Assembly (NCBI RefSeq): GCF_032191835.1
Contig: NC_083223.1
Location: 806,001 to 869,601 of the forward strand
DNA length: 63,601 nt
Direction of reading: 5' to 3'
Source: Heteronotia binoei
Taxonomy: Eukaryota
Under the pieces are notes generated by a model, which saw only the letters and a program-made list of their open reading frames with translations, ran no database searches and was not told the origin of the DNA. Numbering within the stretch: position 1 is the first letter of the stretch; each line of letters begins with the position of its first letter. Made by a program: the position numbers and the translations under genes. Positions 1 through 12,910 of this stretch are shown one piece after another.

Positions 1-355
1 GCTGTTTAAAAAATACATATCCAATATCAGGATGTAAACTGGGAGGGGGGCAGGGCGCAGGACCCCCGGGATTATGCCCCCCCCCGCCGAACTGCCAGGT
101 GTTGTCATGAAGCTGCTTAGGCTAAAACGGGGCTGTTTCAACATCTCCACTCGCACACAGGATGCCAGCATCACTTTCTTTCTCTGGGACTTTGGGACAC
201 TTAATTTGCCACACAGGGAGACCAACCCCACCCCCCTCCACTGCCTTGCCTTAGTCTGTTTCCCTGGTATCTTTGGAAGTTCTGCCAAAAGCCGCTATGT
301 GCCACCTGTGGATCATCAAAACAGACAACACACTGGAAGCGGAGGTGTTCTGGCG

Positions 356-1181
356 NNNNNNNNNNNNNNNNNNNNNNNNNNNNNNNNNNNNNNNNNNNNN
401 NNNNNNNNNNNNNNNNNNNNNNNNNNNNNNNNNNNNNNNNNNNNNNNNNNNNNNNNNNNNNNNNNNNNNNNNNNNNNNNNNNNNNNNNNNNNNNNNNNNN
501 NNNNNNNNNNNNNNNNNNNNNNNNNNNNNNNNNNNNNNNNNNNNNNNNNNNNNNNNNNNNNNNNNNNNNNNNNNNNNNNNNNNNNNNNNNNNNNNNNNNN
601 NNNNNNNNNNNNNACCCTCCCTCCCTTCACCCCTCCCCCCTCCCTCCCTTCCTTCCTCTCTCCCTCCCTCCCTTCCTTCTTTCCTCCCTCCAACNNNNNN
701 NNNNNNNNNNNNNNNNNNNNNNNNNNNNNNNNNNNNNNNNNNNNNNNNNNNNNNNNNNNNNNNNNNNNNNNNNNNNNNNNNNNNNNNNNNNNNNNNNNNN
801 NNNNNNNNNNNNNNNNNNNNNNNNNNNNNNNNNNNNNNNNNNNNNNNNNNNNNNNNNNNNNNNNNNNNNNNNNNNNNNNNNNNNNNNNNNNNNNNNNNNN
901 NNNNNNNNNNNNNNNNNNNNNNNNNNNNNNNNNNNNNNNNNNNNNNNNNNNNNNNNNNNNNNNNNNNNNNNNNNNNNNNNNNNNNNNNNNNNNNNNNNNN
1001 NNNNNNNNNNNNNNNNNNNNNNNNNNNNNNNNNNNNNNNNNNNNNNNNNNNNNNNNNNNNNNNNNNNNNNNNNNNNNNNNNNNNNNNNNNNNNNNNNNNN
1101 NNNNNNNNNNNNNNNNNNNNNNNNNNNNNNNNNNNNNNNNNNNNNNNNNNNNNNNNNNNNNNNNNNNNNNNNNNNNNNNNN
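356..1181. other. Assembly gaps (356-613 and 695-1181) around a (CCCT)-rich island; further gaps at 32217-32432, 53931-54104, 55840-56087 and 56484-56613
   Basis: Runs of N. Confidence 1.
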
Positions 1182-2040
1182 GGACTCTTCTTCAACCAAA
1201 CAGATGTCCCCATGATTTCCTGTTGGGGTATTTGAGAAGCCAGTGTTTCCTATGGAGTATTCTGAGATGCAGTTGGAGATTCCTGTTGAGTATCCTGTGT
1301 GTGAGTGATGTAAGAACACAACCTGCTTCATCGGATGGTTGTAAACAAAAGAGAGGGAGGGGAAGTATTTCCTTTTGTACACAAATGTAGTCTTTACTCA
1401 CCTTGCCGCCATGAAGGAACTCATGAGGTCTTTCCTCTCACGGAGCCCTTTCTTTGACTGAGATTCAGACTATTACAGCTGAAAAAATTGTGTTTTGAAA
1501 ACCACGTGATGAATTGTTGTTGGCATATATTTTTGGAAATGTGAACAGTTTCATATTTGAATAATTTAATATAGATTAGTAAGTGTAGCCTCGTGGCCCT
1601 CAACCCATTCTGAAAACTTGAGCAGTCTACACCGCTGTCCATTATTAATAAAGGGGGGGGGGACCCTGTGTGGCTTCTAACACAATACTTCTCACATTTC
1701 ATTTCATCCTTTGTCCACACGGAGGCACCAAAATACGAGGATTTGGAAATCTGCGGGGCCCTGTGGAGCACAGCTCACGCGGCATTGATGCTGCTAGTCG
1801 ATTCCTCTTTCTTCAGTCATGTGTGGCATAAGCCACAGTGTTTCCCTTGCAGTGCAGCTTTTTTTTTCTGCTGAAAAACAAGTGACGTGTATCTCATACC
1901 ACCACAACTCTTAACTGGGCCTGCAGAGTTACACAAGAAGAAGAATCTCTATAGTTTTGTCACTTCCTACTCAAAGTTTCCTGGCAATTCTGCGTCCGCT
2001 GCCTTGAATACCACACTGAAGGTCTAAATGTAATCAATAA

Positions 2041-3167
<1,127 letters not shown>

Positions 3168-3534
3168 TAGACGTGCCCGCTCAGCCCAAGACGGGCAGCT
3201 TGCCCAGAGTGGATGCAGCAGATGCGGCCATTCCGCTCTGGGCACAACGGGGGGATGCCGGTCACGTGGTGAGACATGGACATGTGCGTCAAATCAGGCA
3301 GGAAATAAAACAAAATGCACAGACATTTGTACAGGCCCGTTCCACTGCAGGATTAATTGACACAGCACACAAAGGCTTGCTGTTGTGACTGCCGTAGAAT
3401 AGCTACCCAAGCAGTGCCTTCGGATGAATCGCTTTTTGAGAAGGATCCATGTGTGCAACTTCTAAAAGTCAAGTGCTCTGAGGGGTGACAATAGGGCTTT
3501 ATCTTTATGCTTATTTATTTCCATCCCTGAAAAC

Positions 3535-4235
3535 CAGGGTGCTTTTTTTGCAGCAGGAACTCCTTTGAATATTAGGTCACACCCTGATGTAGCCAATCCT
3601 CCCAGAGTTTACAGAAGACCCTGTACTAAGAGCTCTGTAAGCTCTTCGAGGATTGGCTACATCAGGGATGTGAGGCCTAATATGCAAAGGAGTTCCTGCT
3701 ACAAAAAAAGCCCTGGGCCCCACCCCCTGATGTAGTCAATCCTCCAGGAGCTTACAGGACTCTTCTTCCAGGGCCTACTGTAAGCTCCAGGAGGATTGGC
3801 TACATCAGGGAGGTGTGGCCTAATAGGCAAAGGAGCTCCTGCTAAAATTCCACCCCTGTAGCCAATCCTCCAAGAGCTTACAGGGCTCTTCTTACAGGGC
3901 CTACTGCAAGCTCCAGGAGGATTGGCTACATCAGGGGGTGTGGCCTAATATGCAAAGGAGCTCCTGGTAAAATTCCACCCCTGTAGCCAATCCTCCAAGA
4001 GCTTACAGGGCTCTTCATACAGGGCCTACTGCAAGCTCCAGGAGGATTGGCTACATCAGGGGTGTGTGGCCTAATATGCAAAGGAGCTCCTGCTAAAATT
4101 CCACCCCTGTAGCCAATCCTCCAGGAGCATACAGGACTCTTCTTCCAGGGCCTACTGTAAGTTCCAGGAGGATTGGCTACATCAGGGAGGTGTGGCCTAA
4201 TAGGCAAAGGAGCTCCTGCTACAAAAAAAGCCCTG
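3535..4235. mobile_element. Palindromic hAT-type MITE family B expanded into about 5 tandem units
   Basis: Repeated gtagccaatcctcc...ggattggctacatc foldback units; perfect 8-bp TSD CTGAAAAC on both sides. Confidence 0.88.
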
Positions 4236-4830
4236 CTGAAAACTGTAGAGTTGGATTAATGCATGGTGGTGGGAACAGGCAAGCAGTCCGGGAAGTCAGT
4301 TGAGGTTCCTAATTCTGGCTTGGGAAATCCTTGGAGATTTGGGGATGGAGCTTGGGGGTGGAATTCGAGGAGGGAAGGGAGCTAAGCAGGATGTGAGTCC
4401 ATAGAGGCTGCCCCCAAAGCTGCCCTCCCCTCCAAAGGAACTGTTCACTGAAGTCCTGAAATCAGTTGCAATCCTGGAAGGTCTCCAGGCCCCAGTTGGA
4501 GGGTGCCAGTCAACTGACTCTCTGTGGAGAAGGTAAATTCAGAGGGTCCTTAATGCTCTAAGTGGAGCTGAAAACCAGGTTGTATCTACCATGCAGGAGG
4601 CTGCTGAAAAACCTTCTCTGCATTTCCATATTCCACCCTATGTGTGAGCACACTCAATTCTTGTAGATGACCCAGTATAAAGTTTTGTATCCCACCTAAA
4701 ATTTCCACCTGCTTGGGGAGGGGGCACAATTTAAGCCAATTCCCCCATCTCATGGCAGATCTCTGGTCCCCCTCAGCTATTTGTGGGGGTCCTCCATTAC
4801 CCTGGGACAGCAGGAGGGAGAAGGTGGGAA

Positions 4831-5690
4831 ATAAGAACACAAAATAAGCTATATTGAAACAGACCAATAGCCCACTCCACTTCACACAGTGGCCCAAACC
4901 CAGGGGCCATTAGGAGGTCCACCAGTGGGGCCAGAACTCCAGAAACCCTTCCACTTTGCTCCTCCAAGCACCAAGAATACAGAGCATCACTGCCCCATAC
5001 ATAAGAACAGAAGAGCTGCCATGTTGGATCAGGCCAATGGCCCATCCAGTCCAACACTCTGTGTCACACAGTGGCCAAAACCCAGGGGCCATTAGGAGGT
5101 CCACCAGTGGGGCCAGAACTCCAGAAGCCCTCCCACTTTGCTGCCCCAAGCACCAAGAATACAGGGCATCACTGCCCCAGACATAAGAACAGAAGAGCAG
5201 CCATGTTGGATCAGGCCAATGGCCCATCCAGTCCAACATTCTGTGTCACATAAGAACATAAGAGGAGCCCTATTGGATCAGGCCAATGGCCCATCCAGTC
5301 CAACACTCTGTGTCACAGAGTGGCCAAAACCCAGGGGCCATTAGGAGGTTCACCAGTGGGGCCAGAACTCCAGAAGCCCTCCCACTCTGCTCCCCCAAGC
5401 ACCAAGAATACAGGACATCACTGCCCCGGACATAAGAACAGAAGAGCAGCCATGTTGGATCCGGCCAATGGCCCATCCAGTCCAACACTATGTGTCACAC
5501 AGTGACCAAAACCCGGGGGCCATTAGGAGGTCCACCAGTGGGGCCAGAACTCTAGAAGCCTTCCAACTGTGACCCCTGGGCACCAAGAATACAGAGCATC
5601 ACTGCCCCAGACATAAAAACATAAAAGAAGCCAAGCTGGATCAGACCAGTGACCAATCCAGTCCAACACTCTGTGTCATACAGTGGCCAA
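4831..5690 (-). repeat. Tandem array of CR1 LINE 3'-end units (about 182 bp, about 5 copies)
   Basis: Repeated cataagaac...gccatgttggatcaggccaatggcccatccagtccaac; the same sequence caps the CR1 ORF2 fragments at 23058 and 57389. Confidence 0.85.
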
Positions 5691-6485
5691 CTTCTAATGC
5701 ACTGTAGTTTAAGACCCGACCATTTGTGTGCGCTGAACTAAGTGGGGCAGTCGCCAGACGTAAGCCAAAGGAGAATTGGAAAGTCTGTCCAAGTGTTGGA
5801 CTGGAGAACAGCCATATTGTTCTCTAGCAGCAAAACCAAGAGGTTTTCTAGCATCTTAAACTGAACTTACCGGTGGGAACAATTTTCACGAAGTAGAGCC
5901 AGAAGCAGGACGGATCTCAATGCAGCCAACGGTGTCTGTTCAGAGGTTTTAAGCCTTTATCTTTTTGCTTAAATCTGGACTGTGTCAGAAAGGGAGCTCT
6001 CAGGATGTGGGAACGTCTTTGCAACGTGTCTCTCTTCACCATCACCATTCAGCCTAAAAGATACATGGTGGTGAACCAGTGTGTTGGAACTGCAGTGTAA
6101 GCTTGCAGTGTTCTCTTTATAAGTTTTCATCATACTGGGACGTTTAACCCTTGTAAAGGTTATTAAAAATAAATCCTGCTTTAATGAAGAATCCTAGAAA
6201 TAGAAGCTGATTCATCATCATCCATCTGTCAAATTTCTTGATCTGTGTGACTCTGGGATTGCATAACTTGAATATATGTTGCCTACGAAAATTCAGATTT
6301 GACTTCAGTGGGATTAAAACTTCTCAGCTGTCGGAATAAGTATTTCCACTGAGCTTGTCCTTTTTGTTAAACCGGCTCTCTTGGGCAGTTGAGCGTCTTG
6401 CGTCCTTTAGATTAAGCCTGTTCAGAGTCCTTGGTTGGGGGAGGGGGGGGGAATGAGGCACTAAACTATTTTTGTCTCTTGACAG

Positions 6486-6537
6486 ATTTAGCAATGCAAT
6501 TGAACCAGGGGAAATTTGAATACAATGGCTCTTGCGG
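6486..6537 (+). CDS. PLCB4: PLCB4 exon: (D)LAMQLNQGKFEYNGSC(G)
   Basis: Acceptor gacag, donor gtgagt; phases match both neighbouring exons. Confidence 0.96.
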
Positions 6538-6869
6538 GTGAGTAATGATTTAAACTGTTACCTTGATGTAGAACTCTCGTCACTTTTAATTATGTGCCAA
6601 CGATGTGGGAAAAGGTTGCATAGGCTGAGTTTTCGTTTCCGTTTTATGAAAGGAAGCTGAAAGACCTGATCTTATTGGCACCAAGCGAGGGGGGAAAGAG
6701 TTGGAAGGAATAAGAAGGTTGTGCTCTTTGAATACAGGGAAGGGCATTTAGGAAGCGCAAGAAGGAGATGGCGTGCAGACACGCAGAATAAGGGCAGCTG
6801 GCACCTGCAGGTAGACATCTGCAGCACCCACAGACCAAACCCCACTCCAGGCTGTGGGTGGCATGCAAA

Positions 6870-7232
6870 CAGGGCTTTGCTTTTGTAGCAGGAACTCCTT
6901 TGCATAGTAGGTCACACCAGGCCTCAGATTCAGTGGGAGCTCACAGGAACGCAGCTCCTGAGTCTTTCTGAGAATTCCACCACCTCCTCTTGAGAGTTCC
7001 GCCTCCTTCTCCATTGAATAGTAGGTGCAGCTGCATAACAATCTCTGGATGAGCTTCACCACCTATTTTTCTACAAAACAGCCCCTGGGTCACACACTCA
7101 CCTGATGTAGCCAATCCTCTTGGAGCTTCCAGTAGGCCCTGTAAGAAGAGCCCTGTAAGTTCTTGGAGGATTGGCTACACCAGGGGGTGTGGCCTAATAT
7201 GCAAAGGAGTTCCTGTAACAAAAACAGCCCTG
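6870..7232. mobile_element. Family B MITE interrupted by a family C MITE (6918-7087)
   Basis: Inner element CAGGCCTC...GCCCCTG flanked by perfect 8-bp TSD GGTCACAC. Confidence 0.85.
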
Positions 7233-7235
7233 TAG

Positions 7236-7240
<5 letters not shown>

Positions 7241-7277
<37 letters not shown>
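7241..7277. repeat. (TA)n microsatellite
   Basis: Direct reading. Confidence 0.95.
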
Positions 7278-7281
<4 letters not shown>

Positions 7282-7369
7282 GAGGCAGAAGAAAGATAAC
7301 AGTGAATTATGCAAGAATTGGGGGTTCTGGTCTCTTTCAGACAGAATCTTTGAAGAAATGTATTTTTAA

Positions 7370-7925
7370 TAATAATAATAATACTTTTTATTTATATCCC
7401 GCCCTCCCTGCCGGAGCAGGCTCAGGGCGGCTCACAACATTTTAGTGCAATACAGTACAATACAATATAATACAATACATAAAATCACAATTCAATAATA
7501 CAATATAATACAATACAATAAAATCACAATTCAATAAATACTACATTATAAAACCATCATTTAAATCATTCCAATTAAAATTAACAGTTATGGTGCTAAA
7601 TTACAGGTTTTTAATAAATTGATGGCGGAATACAACAGCAGCGAATCTATCATTAGCTCAGCATTCAGCAAAGGCCATCTTAAAGAGAGTGGTCTTGCAG
7701 GCCCTGCGGAATTGGTCAAGACTCCGCTGGGCCCGCACTTCATCCGGAAGTTGTTTCCATAGGGGTAGAGCTGCGATAGAGAAGGGCCCGATCCCTTGCG
7801 TTCTTCAGTTTGGCCTCCCTCGGCCCAGGGATGTTCAGCTGGTTCTTTCCCGCTGACCTCAGTGCTCTCTGGGGTTCGTATGGGGAGAGACGGTCCCTCA
7901 GGTAGGCAGCCCTCGACCATATTTT
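7370..7925 (-). mobile_element. LINE 3' end, probably L2-type
   Basis: Reverse complement is nearly identical to 47686-48039, including tgtgagccgccctgagcc and a (TAT)n-type tail. Confidence 0.7.
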
Positions 7926-8480
7926 TATTAATCACAGTCTTTACTCTGCATAATATTTGTGACGTTTGGCATGCCGGAGTGGGGAAACTGAATCTCTACC
8001 CCCCCTCCCCCAAATTACATTTTTTATTTAAAAGGGAAATTGAACCCCGGAGTAGAAATTAGATCAAATTGCCCTCCTGCCCAAAGAAGATGCTCTCACA
8101 ATCCTTTTTCAGAAGCTGTTTGTGTGTCCATCTGCTTCGCTCATCAAGAGATTTTGCAACTTCTGTTGAAAGCAAGTCTCATTGGCAGAGGACTTTGGGC
8201 TAAACCGGTGTATGATTCACACTTGTTTTCTGTTGGCTCAGCTCCTGCAGTCTGCTGTTAGTTGAGAAATTCCTCTGGGATTCTCCCAACAAGAAGGTCA
8301 TGTCTGATTCAGTTCTACACAGTCAAAGTCAGTTAATCTAATCAGTTGACACTTGCTGCAAATTTGACACCTAGAGATCTCCGACTCTTAAGTTCTGTAG
8401 GGGAAACTTTGGGGAAAGAAAACCTGCCACTAATTTGTAATACCCTTGTCCTCTTGCCGTGTGTCAGGAAAGGGTGCCAG

Positions 8481-8665
8481 GCAGGGTTGCCTCTAAGCTG
8501 AGTGAGTGTGAGCTAGCTCACAGTGTTTTAGCATTTGGCTCACACATTTTTGTCTCAGCTCAGGAAATATGGCCCCAGAGCAAAATAAATTATTCAGTAG
8601 CTCCCAGCTTTAATGCCAGGAGTTCACAAAGTAGAATTTTTGCTCACAAGACTGCACAGCTTAGG
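8481..8665. mobile_element. hAT-type MITE family D, degenerate
   Basis: Homologous to 10628-10822. Confidence 0.7.
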
Positions 8666-8958
8666 TCGTGGTCCTGTTTGAGATTCCGAAGAGGGGAGAG
8701 GGGACAACAGAGTTTTCGTGCACAGCTTGGAGTAATCCCAATCAATACTCCCTCTAAGACTCACAGAGTCTCCTCCCCTGCCACAATCTTGGTTAGTCTT
8801 TGTGGGGCTCCTGGACTCTGGCTCTTTTCTGCTGCTACAGACAAACATGGCCACCCATCCAGATTTTCAGGGTATAAGCCTTCAGGAGAAAAAATTGCTT
8901 CCTTCGTTAGACCTAACATGTCTGCCATGCAGTTCATAACAACAGTTGATAATTCAGA

Positions 8959-9792
8959 TGAAGAAGATATTGGACTTATATCCCGCCCTATACTCTGAAT
9001 CTCAGTCTCAGAGCAGTCACAATCTCCTTTTACCTCCCCCCCCACACCACAACAAACACCCTGTAAGGTAGGTGGGGCTGAGAGAGCTTTCCCAGAAGCT
9101 GCCCTTTCAAGGACAACTCCTACAAGAGCTATGGCTAACCCAAGGCCATCCCAGCAGGTGCAAGTGGAGGAGTGGGGAATTAAACCTGGTTCTCCCAGAT
9201 AAGAGAGCTTTGGCTGACCCAAGGCCATTCCAGCAGGTGCAAGTGGAGGAGTGGGGAATTAAACCTGGTTCTCCCAGATAAGAGAGCTATGGCTGACCCA
9301 AGGCCATTCCAGCAGGTGCAAGTGGAGGAGTGGGGAATCAAACCCGGTTCTCCCAGATAAGAGAGCTCTGGCTGACCCAAGGCCATTCCAGCAGGTGCGA
9401 GTGGAGGAAGGGGGGAATCAAACCCGGTTCTCTCAGATAAGAGAGCTCTGGCTGACCCAAGGCCATTCCAGCAGCTGCAATTGGAGGAGTGGGGAATCAA
9501 ACCCGGTTCTCCCAGATAAGAGAGCTATGGCTGACCCAAGGCTATTCCAGCAGCTGCAGATGGAGGAGTGGGGAATCAAACCTGGTTCTCCCAGATAAGA
9601 GAGCTCTGGCTGACCCAAGGCCATTCCAGCAGCAGCAAGTGGAGGAGTGGGGAATCAAACCCGGTTCTCCCAGATAAGAGAGCTCTGGCTGACCCAAGGC
9701 CATTCCAGCAGCTGCAAGTGGAGGAGTGGGGAATCAAACTCAATTCTCCTAGGTTAGAGTCCGCACACTTCACCACTGCACCAAACTGGCTC
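8959..9792 (-). mobile_element. tRNA-headed CORE-type SINE (MIR/Ther1-derived, Squam3-like) with an internal 79-bp tandem array
   Basis: Head gagagccagtttggtgtagtgg, core cacctcacaggg and tail; 8 internal units at 9124-9756. Confidence 0.85.
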
Positions 9793-10269
9793 TGTGAATA
9801 TTTGGCATGACCCCTGGTACATGCAGTAAACACCAGCCATTTAGCCAACCCTGTAACTTGGCATTACATTTTTTAAAAATTCTCTCGGTGAATTCCCAAA
9901 TTCCTTTTAACTTGTGTGGTTTGAAAAACAAACGCACAACGGGAGAGGCCAACTGATTGCTGAAGGAGAACTTCAGAAAGACACACAGATGGGTTTCCTG
10001 GCTCTGTCATGCCCAGGGATGTTACGTACACGAGTAAGTGTCAGAAATGATTAGCAGAGAATGTCCGTAGCTTACACTGATTACTGTGCTTTTGTTTTCC
10101 ATGGTTCAGTGGTTAAAATTGCAGCAGTTCCGTACATATGTCTTGAAATGTACATTTCAGGAATGAATGCTTGGCTGCTACCGTACATTTTCAGTACGAA
10201 GCTTTGGTTGTTTAAAACATGTCTTCTATTTGTGCATTGGTGTGTGTGTGCTTTTGTTTTTGTTTTTGA

Positions 10270-10404
<135 letters not shown>

Positions 10405-10627
10405 TAAAGAGGGGGAGCTCAACAGCAGACCCACATTCTTGGCTTGCGCCGGATCCCAGTTTTAGTCCAATAAAAGGGTCTCCAGGACTGAAAAAGAGAT
10501 TTTTTCTGGAGCTGCAGATGAGCCTTTACTCAACCTAGAAGGCAGCTGAATGGTCTCTATTACATTACCATAAAAAAGAAATTGCTTTACCTAGAAAGGT
10601 ACACAATTGTTCCATTATTCAAGGGAG

Positions 10628-10822
10628 CAGTGTTCCCGCTAAGCTGAGTGAGTGTGAGCTGCCTCACAGTTTTTTAGCTTCCAGCCCACACACTTTGGTC
10701 TTAGCTCAGGAAAAATAGCCCCGGAGTAAACTAATTTGTGCAGCAGCTCACAACTTTAATGCCAGCAGCTCACAAAGTAGAATTTTTGCTCATAAAGACT
10801 GCACATCTTAGAGGGAATATTG
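10628..10822. mobile_element. hAT-type MITE family D (CAGTGTTCCC...GGGAATATTG)
   Basis: TIRs and 8-bp TSD CAAGGGAG/CAAGGCAG. Confidence 0.82.
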
Positions 10823-11430
10823 CAAGGCAGGTGTACCTGGCCTGGCAGCAAGTTATCTAGAATGAGGCCTCTAATTTGTAGTTCTGCCTGAGGTCGCAGG
10901 TTATTATTAAACAATCTTACCTTGGTCTGAGTTTAAGAAACGACTGTATCGTTGTAATGTTTTGAGCCACTCTGTAACAACATTGTTTGACCACTGAGGA
11001 AGGGCAGATGGCCAAAATGCATTTGGTCGGAGTCTGTAATAGTCTATCTTTGGGAGTAACGTGTATTTTTATTCTGAACTGAGACTATCCCTTGGGCCTT
11101 TCTTTGTTTTTATTGATTTTGCAATAAATATGATAAATAAATGTATTGGTAATATTTATGCTTCAAGTTTATAGAACTGTCGGGCCCTTATATTCTGTTT
11201 TCCTTAACCTTTTGGGTCTTAATTTGATTATTTTGAGGTTGAGTTTCTTTTCCTCCTTTCTTTGTCTTTTCTTCCGACTTATTAAAAAGACGGCTTCATG
11301 TGATCCGTATATAAAGGTCATATAAAGTGTGTTTTGGAATTTGTTTTGCTAGTTTATATCCTTGTTGCCATGTAAGTAGATAAGAGTATTATTTAGCGGA
11401 AAGGACGGCTTTCTCCCCGGCCATTGATGA

Positions 11431-11745
<315 letters not shown>

Positions 11746-11781
11746 TGAATCTGAGCACCCTGAAACAGGATATTATGTGAA

Positions 11782-11953
11782 CAGGGGTGGAATTCTAGCA
11801 GGAGCTCCTTTGCATATTAGGCCACACACCTGCGATGTAGCCAATCCTCCAAGAATTTACAAGGCTCTTTTTTGTAAGCTCTCGGAGGATTGGCTACATC
11901 AGGGTGTGTGTGACCTAATATGCAAAGGAGCTCCTGCTAGAATTCCACCCCTG
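11782..11953. mobile_element. Palindromic MITE family B
   Basis: About 40-bp perfect TIR; TSD TATGTGAA/TATGTGAG. Confidence 0.88.
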
Positions 11954-12558
11954 TATGTGAGATTCAAGTCTTGCCTAGAACATTCTGCCTTCATTTGTAG
12001 GACAAAGTGGCACCAAGGCATGCTTTTGGACGTGGTTAAGGCTATGGTTTAATGATAGGAGAGTTTTCTCCTATAAAGACAGACTCTCGTCGCTATCACA
12101 TGATTTTTATTTTTTTTTCTGTTTGGCTTTTCCCTCTTCTTGCTTTCCTCCTTCTCCTCCTCCCTCGTGGAGGAGGCCAACACCTGCGGGGCTGTGCCTG
12201 TGTTCCAGGTATCCCTTCTGCTCAGAATGAGCACCACCTGGGGGAACTCTGCCTTCCTTGGAGGTCGCACCGTCTTCCCTGCCCTGGCAGTGCCTCTGCT
12301 ATCTTGCACTGTTCCTTCAGCCCAGAGGGCAGGTGAGAGGCTGCATCCAAAGCTAAGGTCAATGTCATTACATGGATTTTGAGGCGGGAAGGGGGCAGCC
12401 CCCTGCATCTGAGGCTGGCTCCCTCCGCCTGTGTGCGTCATGTACATTTTTCTCACTTTCACAGAGAACCATTTTCGACACTGTTTACTGGATACGTTTT
12501 TTAAAAAGATCACGTCTTGGAGTGATGGTACACGTGTTGTTTTACAGAACTTTTCTTG

Positions 12559-12910
12559 TCATAGAATCATAGAGTTGGAAGGGACCTCTAGGGTCATCTA
12601 GTCCAACCCCCTGCGCAATGCAGGAAACTCACAAACCCCTCCCCCTAACTTCACAGGATCTTCACTGCTGTCAGATGTCCATCTAGCCTCTGTTTTAAAA
12701 CCTCCAAGGAAGGAGAGCCCACCACCTCCCAAGGGGGAAGCCTGTTCCACTGAGGAACCGCTCTAACGGTCAGGAAGTTCTGCCTAATATTGAGCCAGAA
12801 ACTCTTTTGATTTAATTTCCACCCACTGGTTCTGGCCCTACCTTCCAGGGCCACAGAAAACAATTCCACACCATCCTCTGTATGACAGCCCTTCAGGTAC
12901 TTGGTGATAG
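12559..12910 (-). mobile_element. CR1 LINE 3' fragment
   Basis: ORF2 C-terminus KYLKGCH...FSVALEGRARTSG...VVGSPSLEV and (catagaat)n tail. Confidence 0.9.

Noticed and set aside
74-1390. ORFs spanning N runs (also near 32134-32565, 53866-54282, 55730-56260 and 56359-56805)
   Set aside because: They are open only because N codons are not stops.
5700-6270. Solo LTR
   Set aside because: It has an LTR-like feel (tgtag start, AATAAA near 6167), but I found no matching CA end, TSD or second copy.
9124-9756. CRISPR-like regular repeats (also 20159-20762, 34886-35280 and 45382-46039)
   Set aside because: These are contiguous tandem units without unique spacers, in vertebrate DNA, and derived from TEs.
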